64,000 nt of DNA from Octopus sinensis (taxonomy: Eukaryota). A model generated the notes under the pieces. The model saw only the letters and a list, made by a program, of their open reading frames with translations. It was not told the origin of the DNA and searched no databases. The stretch spans positions 8,308,001 through 8,372,000 of the forward strand of contig NC_043000.1 of the NCBI RefSeq assembly GCF_006345805.1. The letters are read 5' to 3'. Of this stretch, positions 51,840 to 62,540 are shown in pieces (positions within the stretch are counted from its first letter, which is position 1; each line of letters opens with the position of its first letter). The translations under genes were made by a program, and so were the position numbers.

Positions 51840-52075
51840 ACGTTTTTCATGCTAGCATGGGTTGGACGATTCGACCGGGGTCTGGGAAGCCAGGAGGCTG
51901 CACCAGGCTCCAGTCTGATCTGGCAGAGTTTCTACAGCTGGATGCCCTTCCTAACGCCAACCACTCCATGAGTGTAGTGGGTGCTTTTTATGTGCCACTG
52001 GCACAGGTGCCAGGGGAGGCTGGCAACAGCTACGATCGGTTCGTGCTTATTACGTGCCACCAGCATGAAAGCCAC
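51840..52075 (-). mobile_element. Family B SINE (RTE tail)
   Basis: CATGCTAGCATGGGTTGGACG...GGATGCCCTTCCTAACGCCAACCAC; near-identical to the copies at 57978 and 61287. Confidence 0.88.
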
Positions 52076-52840
52076 ACAGTTTCTGCCACCAAATTTGATT
52101 GCAAAGCACCGGTTGCCACAGTTCAATAGTAGATGACACTTATCTAAGGTGGTACTCAGTGGGGCTGAAGTTAATAATTTTACCAAAATTCCCTCCAAAT
52201 TCTTGTCAGATTAAATGAAAAATTATTGAAATACAGTGTGTTTTTCATAAGAAATATGGTTACAGAAGTTTGAAAACATATCATCTGTGTACTTAGTTCA
52301 ATAGAAAATGCCAGAAACAATCTAACTCCTGACTAAACTTTTCCTGTGTTTCCTGCAACAGAATCGATAAGAAATTTTATCATCTCTACCAAAATGAAAG
52401 ACAGAAATAAAATGAAATACAAATAAATATATAAAATAAAAAATAAATAAATTAAACAAAAAATCCTGTGTAAATGTGTATCTTTGAGAACTGATTCTTC
52501 TAACTTGCTTCTCCGAGTCCCTCTCTTGTGTGCATTACATCATGATAGAAAGATGATATCATATTTGATGGTATATAAGATACCCCCTGAGAAAAGTGAC
52601 TCAAAAAATCCTCCCCTGGTCCTTTATGTGAAGTTAGGCCTCTTGGCCTCTTGTAGGCTGATTTTGCCCCTGACATGACTTTGAAAATGCATTGTTAAAA
52701 TTGAGATGCATATATTATGCCTGTACATCTTTTATAACATCAAACGCAGTAAATAGCCTCTACATGTATTGAGTACTTTATTCCCCACCTTGTGCACCCA
52801 AACATAACATCAAATATCTGTTTGGCTGTCTGCTTGTCCA

Positions 52841-52890
<50 letters not shown>

Positions 52891-53500
52891 AATCAATGTC
52901 TTCCCCCCTCTCTCTTTCTATATTTATATTTCTGTATCTCTCTCTTTATATATATTGGGAAAATACATTGTAAAAAAAATCTACATTTTTATTAATATAT
53001 TTCATTGCTAATGTTACTCACTTTACAAAATCTGTTGCGTATATTTAATTCAGAGAAAGAACAATTAGGTACTTGATATATCTAATTTGTTCTTAAAACT
53101 GACCATTACTTACAAACTGCTAGAAAATTTGGCAAATTGATAATGGAAAAATCTGTAAGCTGCGAAAACTTTACATCGCAATTTGTTCCAACTTAATTTT
53201 CCTTACTTTTTAGGGTCTTTTCCTCCTAATCCCTTGTGTTAAATGGAGAATTGCAATAAGATGATTATCTACGAAAGTGTACATATATTATGGTTGTATA
53301 TATGTTTATGTATAGGTGTGTGTATATGTGTGTTCTGATTATTTCTTGATAAATGACTTCAGTATAAGAAATAAGATGAAATTGTTTCAATAATTAATAT
53401 TTAGGCAATGCCATCACTGGACTTATCTTGTGTTATGACAATTTTCCCTTTTTTTGATGTGCAGTTTATGAGGGCAGCTTATTTGCCTTTACACACACAC

Positions 53501-53533
<33 letters not shown>

Positions 53534-53603
53534 CACATACATACATTTCAACAAAATGGAAAAAATATCTGAATATGAACTATATTCTAATTATTCCTTC
53601 TTT

Positions 53604-53669
<66 letters not shown>

Positions 53670-54995
53670 ATTTATTTATGTATGTATGTATTTGTATGTA
53701 TTGGTGCTGCTGTCGGTGTCTCCTTGTCTTGACATTGTGTGGTCATCATAGAAGTGGCATTGTGCATTTCCTATCTTCCACAAAAAGCTGTATGGCTATG
53801 GGTTAAAATATACCTTACTAGAAACACTGGAGTGTTGGTAGCTGAAAGAGCATCCAACTCTAGAAAATCTACCTCTGAATTCCCTCTGACACATGGAAAC
53901 ATGAAAAAGTAGATGTGAAAACAACAACAACAATAATAATAATGATGATGATGATATATATGTATAGATATGAAGTACTGAATGTAAATAGTTTATAAGT
54001 CTTATAATTAGTTATCAGGCAATTGCATTTTAAAATTTGCTCCTTAATTGTAGGAAGAAAAGGTTTGTTTCTCTTGCAAAATCTCCCTTCTAAATTGTCA
54101 TAGATAACCATAACATTGTTAGTTCTTTTGAAGGTTCTGACATGCACGCAATAATAAATTCACATTTTTTAGAGAAGTTACTTTGCATTGAGAGATCATT
54201 ACAATAATATTATGTTAATAGATTAATAGTTATAATATTATTATTATTATTATAGTTATAATAATATTTCTAAAATATGACTCCTGTCATTGATTGACAA
54301 CTTTTGGCGTTGGTAGTGGTTGTTATTTAGCCCCTCCCCCTAACTGAGCAAACCTATAATCAAAAGTGTTCCAGACATGACTATCCCATCTTTTTACTTG
54401 GTATTGAATATATCTTTCACTGTACTTCTTTTGTTTTTCTTTTTCTTAAGACAGTAGGATGTAATTTGAGAGACGTTGACTGCTATTTCTAACTGGTCAA
54501 GGTATCCTGTAGCATTTCATTCTTAGTGTGTCTGTGTGTGGAGGGAGTTTTTCTTTTTTATTGGTTTATCTGGGGAGTGGGAAGAGCTGTTTTCATAGGT
54601 CTTATTTTTGTGTAAAGGTTAAGGGTTCTTCAACTAGGTAGACAGATAGATAAAGGTAACTTGAAGGGATTAATGCAGCTAATGTTTGAATTTCAGCTGT
54701 TTGAAATTATTGGGTGAAAAGCAAAGTGTTCGCAGAAAGGAAGCTCCTGGAAGGTGAGGTTATAAGACAGAAGGGTTGGATGAGACTTGAAATATTAGGT
54801 CCGGCAGTTGAGAAAATCTTGGGTATCTGTTACTAATTATTATTCTAATTATGAATTCACAATTTTATTTCCGAGTGATGATGATGATGTTTAAATGTTA
54901 TTGTATTGATTTCCTTTTTTATTTTTATTTTAGAGAGGAGTTTCGCATGATTAAAGAAATATATTTGTGTTTACCTTTGATAAAAGAAAAGAATG

Positions 54996-55312
54996 GAGAG
55001 AGAGAAAGGAAGAGAGAGAGAAAGAGGGGGAGAAATAGAGAGAGAGAGAGGGGGAGAAATAGAGAGAGAGAGAGAGAGAAAATGACCATTCTGTTCAAGT
55101 AGACAGTAAATTGTTAGTCTGAAAATTTTGTTGAGTCATGCTATATATCCAGAACTTTGTTATTGCTTTTGAAAAAGAAAAAAAAAATGCACTGAGTATT
55201 GCAGCATTAGTCCTTGTTTCCAGAACTGCATAGAAAATGAGTTGATCAATAAATATATGACGATGATGACGATGGTGATTAACATCATCAATACAGTGTC
55301 GTTCATGTAAGT
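54996..55312 (+). promoter_or_regulatory. Candidate GA-rich promoter and upstream non-coding exon ending at donor AT|gtaagt (55307)
   Basis: A purine (GA) tract at 54996-55080 precedes non-repetitive sequence, with a consensus GTAAGT donor 428 bp upstream of the 55735 acceptor. Confidence 0.3.
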
Positions 55313-55758
55313 TGTTGCTGGCAGATGTGAGATACACACAGCAGTGGCAACCAGCCGAGATGCGGATGTTGTGGAGAAGTACATTCAGCTGATACTGTAT
55401 GCAATATCATCTCTCTCTCTCTTAGCAGTGATGAATGCTGTGTTGGTTTGGACAGCTGGCTAACAGGGGCTACTCGGCTACTTAAATTTGTTGACCAATA
55501 TATATATACACATATATATACATATGTTTGCTAATTTCTCTTGAGCTTTTTTTCTTTTCTCCGCTGGGTGGGGGGAAAGAACAAATAATGTGTAAGTAAT
55601 ATCTAATGAATTCCAATTTTTTTTTTTTTAAATTTCATGTAATATAATTTTATTTTATTTAATTCAATATTTTAAAATTGATTATATTTTTTTTCGTTAA
55701 AAACCAAAAAAAATTATTAACTTCTCTTTTGCAGTTAGCCAAGGTAGCAGTCAATCAG

Positions 55759-55830
55759 ATGGGCTCTTACATCATTTGGGGGGACTGTTGTAAACAGCGG
55801 CTGCTACACTCAAAGTACTATAAATTCTAA
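55759..55830 (+). other. Upstream ORF (23 aa, MGSYIIWGDCCKQRLLHSKYYKF*)
   Basis: ATG at 55759 to TAA at 55828-55830, in the same frame as the main ATG at 55849. Confidence 0.45.
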
Positions 55831-55848
55831 GACTAGACAAATTTCATA

Positions 55849-55894
55849 ATGGCTGAAACCGCAGCAGATAAAATTCAATCACTTGATATTGAAG
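55849..55894 (+). CDS. First coding exon of an unidentified protein, MAETAADKIQSLDIE(x), phase-1 intron follows
   Basis: ATG with A at -3 and G at +4 (ttcATAATGG), in-frame upstream stops, and 15 codons + 1 nt to the donor; no downstream exon identified in the window. Confidence 0.65.
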
Positions 55895-56479
55895 GTAAGT
55901 GAATTTATTTATTATCTTTCAGTTTATATTCATTCTACATGCAAATATGCATTCTTAAATTTTTCCATAAAGCTCCTTAGCGAAATTCTAGAATTTCTAT
56001 CCCCCCACTCCCACCATTAAATATTAATTTCTTGTACAGTCAGTGATATCATTCAATTATATTTAAGCCCTAAAATACATACATGCATATATAATATATA
56101 TATATATATATGCTAGTTAGATATTATCTTGACCAAATCATTGTTTTGCAATTTGATTTGTTTTTTCATTAGAAGATTACTATACTACATAAAAATATGC
56201 AGGTTTTTCCAGTTTTTCTTATGTTTTATTAGTTTTTAATTATTTTGTCTTATCTTATTTTTGTCAAATAAAAGCAAAAACAATTGAAATCATTTGAACT
56301 TTCCTTTTAGGTTTTTTTTACTGTTGTGAATAAACCAGATATGCCTTCTTCTATTAAATATTTATGCCATATATTTTTACACTCAAAATATTAAAAGAAA
56401 ATGATAATAAAACAATAAAAGCAAAATAAAAAAAAACTATATTTTTATTTGCATGTCCACATGTATGTGTGTGAATGTC

Positions 56480-57536
56480 TGTGTTTAAGGTTATGTGTCT
56501 GTGTGTTTGTGCATATGCATATATGTAGGTATATGTATGTATGCATATATATATATATATAATTATTATATACATGTGCAGTATGTGTGTATATATTTTT
56601 GTGTGAGTTTATATATGTGTGTATATGTATATTTACACATATGTGAATGTGTGTCGGGGTGTGTATACATGCTTATATACATCTGAATACATATACATTT
56701 ATACATATTCATATGCGTGTATACACACACACACGCGCACACACACACATACATATACGCACACATTCACGCAGGTGTATATAAATAAATATATATTTAA
56801 TACATATATGTGTGTAAATGTTTATTTGTGTGCATCTGTGTATGTATAGATGTTTGCGTTTATATATATTTAGGTGAATATGCATATATATATATTTATA
56901 TATATATGCATATGCATAGATATATGCATAAATGTACATATATACCTATGTACATGTATGTATATACAATTACATAGACATGTGTATATGTATACACACA
57001 CTCATAAATATGTGTGTGTGTATATATATATATATATGAGGATGTGACTGCATGGCACCTTGGACAAGTGTCTTCTGCTATAGCTCCTAGCTGACCAAAA
57101 CCTTATGAATGGATTTGGTAGACAGAAAATGAAAGATACCGACCATACATATATATATATCTATGTGTGTGCATGAGTGTAGATTTGTTTGCATCTCCGT
57201 GTTAGTTTTGAAGAAGAGTTCCCATACACAGTGATGTCATTTATTTCCAGTCCTCCTTCAAAAACCGTTGGGTCATGGGGAAATTTCACCTTGTTTGGAA
57301 ACAGGCAAGGCTTTGCAGACAGGAAGGGCATCTGACTGCAAGAAATATGCCTCAGCAAAGTCTGTCTGATCCATGCAAGCATGGTAAAGTGGACACTGTA
57401 AATCAATTATATATATATGTATGTGTGTGTGTGTGTGTGTGTAACTTTATGTATATGTATAGTTATATATATTTTTACATTTATGGATATATATATATAT
57501 GTATAACTAGAAGACAAATGTTAAATAATGATGATG

Positions 57537-57576
<40 letters not shown>

Positions 57577-57697
57577 CATATCTTTTTCTAACTTGTGTGT
57601 ATATAATATTTGCATGCATCTATTTATATATATATATATATAATATATATATATATATATACACATATATATATATATGTAGATATATGTATATTTA

Positions 57698-57753
<56 letters not shown>

Positions 57754-58659
57754 TTATGTACATATGTATGTATATATATATTTATATACATATATATCTT
57801 TATATATACATCAATACACATAAGCACACATTCAGTTACAGTTGCTGGAATTTACTGTCGCAGCTGGTTGACCTCTGGCTTTCCACCTCCAAAGACAAGT
57901 GGAATGAGGTAACCCTTGCTTGGAAACAATTGCGTCAGGAAGGGTATCAAGCTGTAATATAATGGCTCAACATTATATCATCATCATCATCATCATCATC
58001 ATTTAGCCTCCGCTTTCCATGCTAGCATGGGTTGGACGGTTCAACTGGGGTCTGGGAAGCCAGAAGGCTGCATTAGGCCCAGTCTGATCTGGCAGTGTTT
58101 CTACGACTGGATGCCCTTCCTAACGCCGATCACTCCGTGAGTGTAGGGGGTGCTTTTTACGTGCCACTCGCACAGGTGCCAGTCGGAGCTGGCAAACGGC
58201 CACGGACGGATGATGCTTTTTATGTGCCACTGGCACGGGGGCCAGGTGAGGCTGGCAACAGCCATGAACGGATGGTGCTTTTACGTGCCACCGGCACGGG
58301 GGCCAGGCGAAGCTTATATATATTTGTCTAAACCATGCTGCAAGTGAAAAATGTACTTAGTAATGAAAAAGTCTAGACATGTATGTGTTTGTGTAGTGTA
58401 CTCACAAACACACACACACATGCACACACATACACACACACACACATATGATTGCAGACTCTCACGAACACAAACCCCAACATTGACACATACATATGCA
58501 TATTCATATATATATGTGCATCAGCATATACATGTATGTCTACTTATATATTTGTGTGTGTGTGTGTGTGTCCCTACACACACATACATATATATAAATG
58601 GATATATACATAGATATATATGTCTATAGATGTATACTACATACATATGCATATGTATT

Positions 58660-58691
<32 letters not shown>

Positions 58692-59037
58692 GATATATAT
58701 ATATATATATATATATATGTATCTATCTGTCGATATATATATATATGTATATATATGTATATATATATACATATGTGTGTATATATATATATATATGTGT
58801 GTGTGTATATATATATATATATATACATATGTGTGTGTGTATATATATATATATACATATGTGTGTGTATATATATATATATAATTATGTAGTCTATGTG
58901 TGTATTTATAGTATCTTTATGTATACATACCTCTATTTATATATATTGGTATCTATATATATATACTGAGATATATCATCTCACACACACACACACACAT
59001 ATATATGTATGTGTGTGTGTGTGTTTGTGTATATATG

Positions 59038-59090
<53 letters not shown>

Positions 59091-59105
59091 TATATGTATA
59101 CATAA
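56480..59105. repeat. Microsatellite-rich tract ((TA)n, (TG)n, (CA)n) with embedded SINEs
   Basis: Seen directly; includes a family E SINE at 57045-57400 and a family B SINE at 57978-58310 (-). Confidence 0.9.
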
Positions 59106-59114
59106 GTATAATGA

Positions 59115-59460
59115 AGGAACATGGCTTAGTGGTTAGTGCGTTGGCTTCACAGTCAAATAGGTAGGGAGTTCTCTTGCCAGACCAGGCTGTGTATTGTGTT
59201 CTTGGGCAAGACACTTTATTTCACATTGCTCCAGTTCACTCAGCTGTAGAAATGAGTTGTGACGTCACTGGTGCCAAGCTGTATCAGCTTTTGCCTTTCC
59301 CTTGGATAACATCACTGGTGTGGAGAGGGGAGGGTGATGTGCATCGGCGACTGCTGGTCTCTAACAAACAACCTTGCCCAGACTTGTGCGTTGGTGGGAA
59401 ACTTTCTAGGTGCAATCCCATGGTCATTCATGACGGAAGGGGGCCTTTACCCTTTTAACT
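59115..59460 (+). mobile_element. tRNA-derived SINE (family D-like)
   Basis: TGGCTTAGTGG A box, TTCTTGGGCAAGACACTTTATTTCACATTGCTCCAG core, CCTTTACCCTTT tail. Confidence 0.8.
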
Positions 59461-59611
59461 TTTATACATAAATTTATGATATATGCATATATAAATTACA
59501 CATATATTATATATGCATAGATTCAATTCATTAATGTCTACATATATTTATATATTCCTTTATACGTTTCAGCCCAATGGCTGTGGCCATGCTGGAGCAC
59601 TGGCAATGTAC

Positions 59612-59850
59612 TCACCTTATCAATGGCCATTCCTTATGTGATTGGCTTTTAGTGAAGGAGGGAGTTCAGCGCTGCTGCTCTGTTTTCAGTTTCTTACCGT
59701 GGTATAGGTTCATCTGGGGCCTTAGACAGCTGTAGGTCAGGTCGTTCTTCAAAACATCTACCCTCTACTCCATGAAGATTGCTCAGATGTTTTGGCAAGG
59801 CATTAAATAATTGTGGTCCCTTCAATACCATGCTACTGCAGTTCTTGGTC
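59612..59850 (-). mobile_element. CR1-like LINE ORF2 C-terminal fragment
   Basis: NCSSMVLKGPQLFNALPKHLSNLHGVEGRCFEERPDLQLSKAPDEP resembles the CR1-group (W/F)N.LP......F...LD..L C-terminus. Confidence 0.65.
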
Positions 59851-60164
59851 CTCACTACGTGTACACACACACACACACACTCACATAGATGTATATGCTT
59901 GTGTATGTGAGTATTTTTCCATGCATACATGTGTATGCGTTTACATCCTTGAACGTGTTTACCTATCTGTAAATCACCGTTTTGATTATAACATAAAAAA
60001 TAGCCATCCAAGGAACATCGGTTGTTGGAGAAAGTAATTGTCTGTGATATGTCCTTGGATATGAACAAGGAAAGTTTTTTGTAGCAGTTTCTAGAGAAAA
60101 AATAATGTAGGGATATATGTATGGTTGTGTGTGTGTGTAATTATATACATATACATATATAGAT

Positions 60165-60460
60165 ATCACCGTGATCACCGTGACCGACCAGGCTATCAGA
60201 TGTTGCTACGCATTGCTGGGCCCGATGCCCTTCGCATTGTTTTAGCCTTCAAATAACGCCACCCCGCTGGCTAAGTGAGCAGGCCAACAGAAGAAAGAGT
60301 GAAAGTTGTGGTGAAAGAGTACAGCAGCGACCACCACCACCCCCTTGTGGACCTTTAGGTGTTTTCGCTCAATAAATACTCACAACGCCCAGTCTGGGAA
60401 TCAAAACCACGATCCTACAACTGCAAGTCCACTGCCCTAACCACTGGACCTTTGCGCCTC
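60165..60460 (-). mobile_element. tRNA-derived SINE, reverse
   Basis: Minus-strand head GGAGGCGCAAAGGTCCAGTGGTTAGGGCAGTGGACTTGCAGTTGTAGGATCGTGGTTTTGATTCCCAG; its tail is shared with 9212-9335. Confidence 0.75.
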
Positions 60461-60471
60461 CACACACACAG

Positions 60472-60518
<47 letters not shown>

Positions 60519-60706
60519 CATATATATATCCCTCTCTCTCTCTCTTTCGGAGAGGCACTGAGCAGCTATACGCACACATACACACACGGCAGTAGCTTCC
60601 GCCTACCGAATTCAATCAGAAAGCTCCGGGTCGGCTCGGGGCTATAGCGGAAGACACCTACTCAAAGTGCCATGCAGTGGGACTGAACCCGAAACCATGT
60701 AGTTAG

Positions 60707-60744
<38 letters not shown>

Positions 60745-60862
60745 GTATGTATGTATGTATGTATGTATATATAGTTGAAATTTACAGAAAAACAAAAGAC
60801 GAAGGCAGGTGTATGAACAACAAGAAGGTGTATTAGTTTGATGATCAGGAAAGTGAGAAAGA

Positions 60863-60898
60863 CTTTTACGTTTCAAGTCTACGCACTTCAGCAGAAAG
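60863..60898 (-). ncRNA. Minimal hammerhead-like motif in a PLE remnant (about 60772-60955)
   Basis: Minus strand CTTT-CTGCTGA-AGTGC(GTAG)ACTT-GAAAC-GT-A-AAAG: stem I CTTT/AAAG, minimal palindromic stem III ACGT, GUA triplet; core A6>C. Confidence 0.5.
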
Positions 60899-61253
60899 GA
60901 ATATAGGGAAATAAACAGAGAGAGACTAAAAACACTTGTGAATTTAGTGACACATAATACATATATATCATATACATTTATATACACATATATATGTATC
61001 TCTATGTTATGAACACTAATATATAAATATGCACATTTATGTATAGACACACACACCTGCATGCATATACACCCATCCATGTGACTGCTATGTCGTGAAG
61101 AACATGGCCAAGCAACTTAGAATAAAGTACTGAGCATTAGATGTCTGTGTGTTAAAAGTTTTATCCACAACCATAGAAGTTTGACAAATGTTTCAGTCAT
61201 AATTAAAGATTAAATGTGTATGTTTGTGTATGTGTGTGTGCATGCGCATATTG

Positions 61254-61286
<33 letters not shown>

Positions 61287-61287
<1 letters not shown>

Positions 61288-61585
61288 CATCATCATCGTT
61301 TAACGTCCGTTTTGCATTCTAGCATGGGTTGGACAGTTCGACTGGGGTCTGGGAAGCCAGGAGGCTGCACCAGGCTCCAGTCTGATCTGGCAGTGTTTCT
61401 ACAGCTTGATGCCCTTCCTAACGCCAACCACTCTGTGAGTGTAGTGGGTGTTTTTTACGTGCCAGGGGAGACTGGCAGCAGCTATGATCGGTCGGTGCCT
61501 TTTACATGCCACCAGCACAGAAGCCAGTCAAGGTGGCGCTGGCAATGGCCGCGTTTAGATGGTGCTTTTTACATGCCACCGGCAC
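61287..61585 (-). mobile_element. Family B SINE (RTE tail)
   Basis: (CAT)n-CGTTTAACGTCCGTTTT...GATGCCCTTCCTAACGCCAACC. Confidence 0.88.
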
Positions 61586-62074
61586 ACACATATATATATA
61601 TATATATGTTAGTGAATAGAAAAGACCACCTGACTGAGGTGTAGAATAGGAGAGGAAGGTTAATTTTTATGCATGGTATTGAGAGATTAATGTATGATAG
61701 GAAGAACGGGAGCAGGTTTATTGTGGTGGAAGCGTTTTATTATTAACTTGCATTATACAAACGTTGGTGGAGTTGTACTTTATTAAAGAAAGAGTAGCGT
61801 GATGGTGACAGAATATAGCTTGCAGATAACATGTTAAAGACTGTAGAGAGAGAGAAGAATATGCATATTACTGCAATGTCAGCATTATTGAAATTATGGT
61901 TGGATAATTGCAAATTAAAATTTGCATGAAACCATTGGTACTGCATTAACACCTATCAATCTATGAAAATAAATTATACACTCATTCCTACTAGTGTGTA
62001 TATATATATATATATTATACATTTCTATATATATGCATGCATATATGATTATGTTTATGTAAATATATATGTGT

Positions 62075-62540
62075 GTCCGAACACCCTCTCAGCCTTATGA
62101 CCTATACCATCACCACCCCCAACTCTCTTGTAATGACTCTCTTTGGACTCTTGCCACCCTCATCTATTTTCTCTGTTTTCTTCAGCCTTACTTTCCACTT
62201 GCACTCACTCTCATCATGTAAGATATCTCTGAACCCCATGTACACAACCCACCTTATCCCATTTACCATTCCAACCTTCCTCTCTTCACTGACCATTCAC
62301 ATTAGTCCCTTTATTCTTGTAACTTGCAGGGTGACCTCACTAGTCCAGGTGCCGCAAATAGGCACCTGGTATACACTGTAAAGTGCTTAGTGGTAGGAAG
62401 GGCATCCAACTGTAGAAATCGTGCTGCAACAAATATTTAAGCACGATGCAGTCCTCCTATTTGTCAGATACTGTCCAACCCATGGTAGCAGAAATAATGG
62501 ATGTTAAATGGGATGATGATGATGATGATGATGATGATGT
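62075..62540 (+). mobile_element. RTE-type 3' UTR/tail repeat
   Basis: A pyrimidine-rich segment, then GGTGACCTCACTAGT...GTAGGAAGGGCATCCAACTGTAGAAA...CCAACCCATG...(GAT)n. Confidence 0.65.

Larger units (their letters stand above)
55735..55894 (+). other. Spliced exon of a host gene (5' UTR plus start of CDS)
   Basis: Branch-like TATTAAC and the pyrimidine tract cttctcttttgcag form the acceptor; GAAG|gtaagt is a consensus donor; the sequence is unique and GC-richer than its flanks. Confidence 0.75.

Noticed and set aside
55849-55894. Assigning a gene name to MAETAADKIQSLDIE
   Set aside because: Fifteen residues with no motif I recognise; a transcriptome search is needed.
58140-58310. Repeated GGTGCTTTT(T)ACGTGCCAC.GGCAC units with variable spacers, superficially CRISPR-like
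   Set aside because: Internal tandem repeats of the family B SINE/RTE 3' UTR, found in every copy; eukaryotic context with no cas genes.
61600-61860. Possible L2/Crack-like LINE 3' remnant on the minus strand
   Set aside because: Only a faint, frameshifted resemblance (RSFLSYINL); not enough to annotate.
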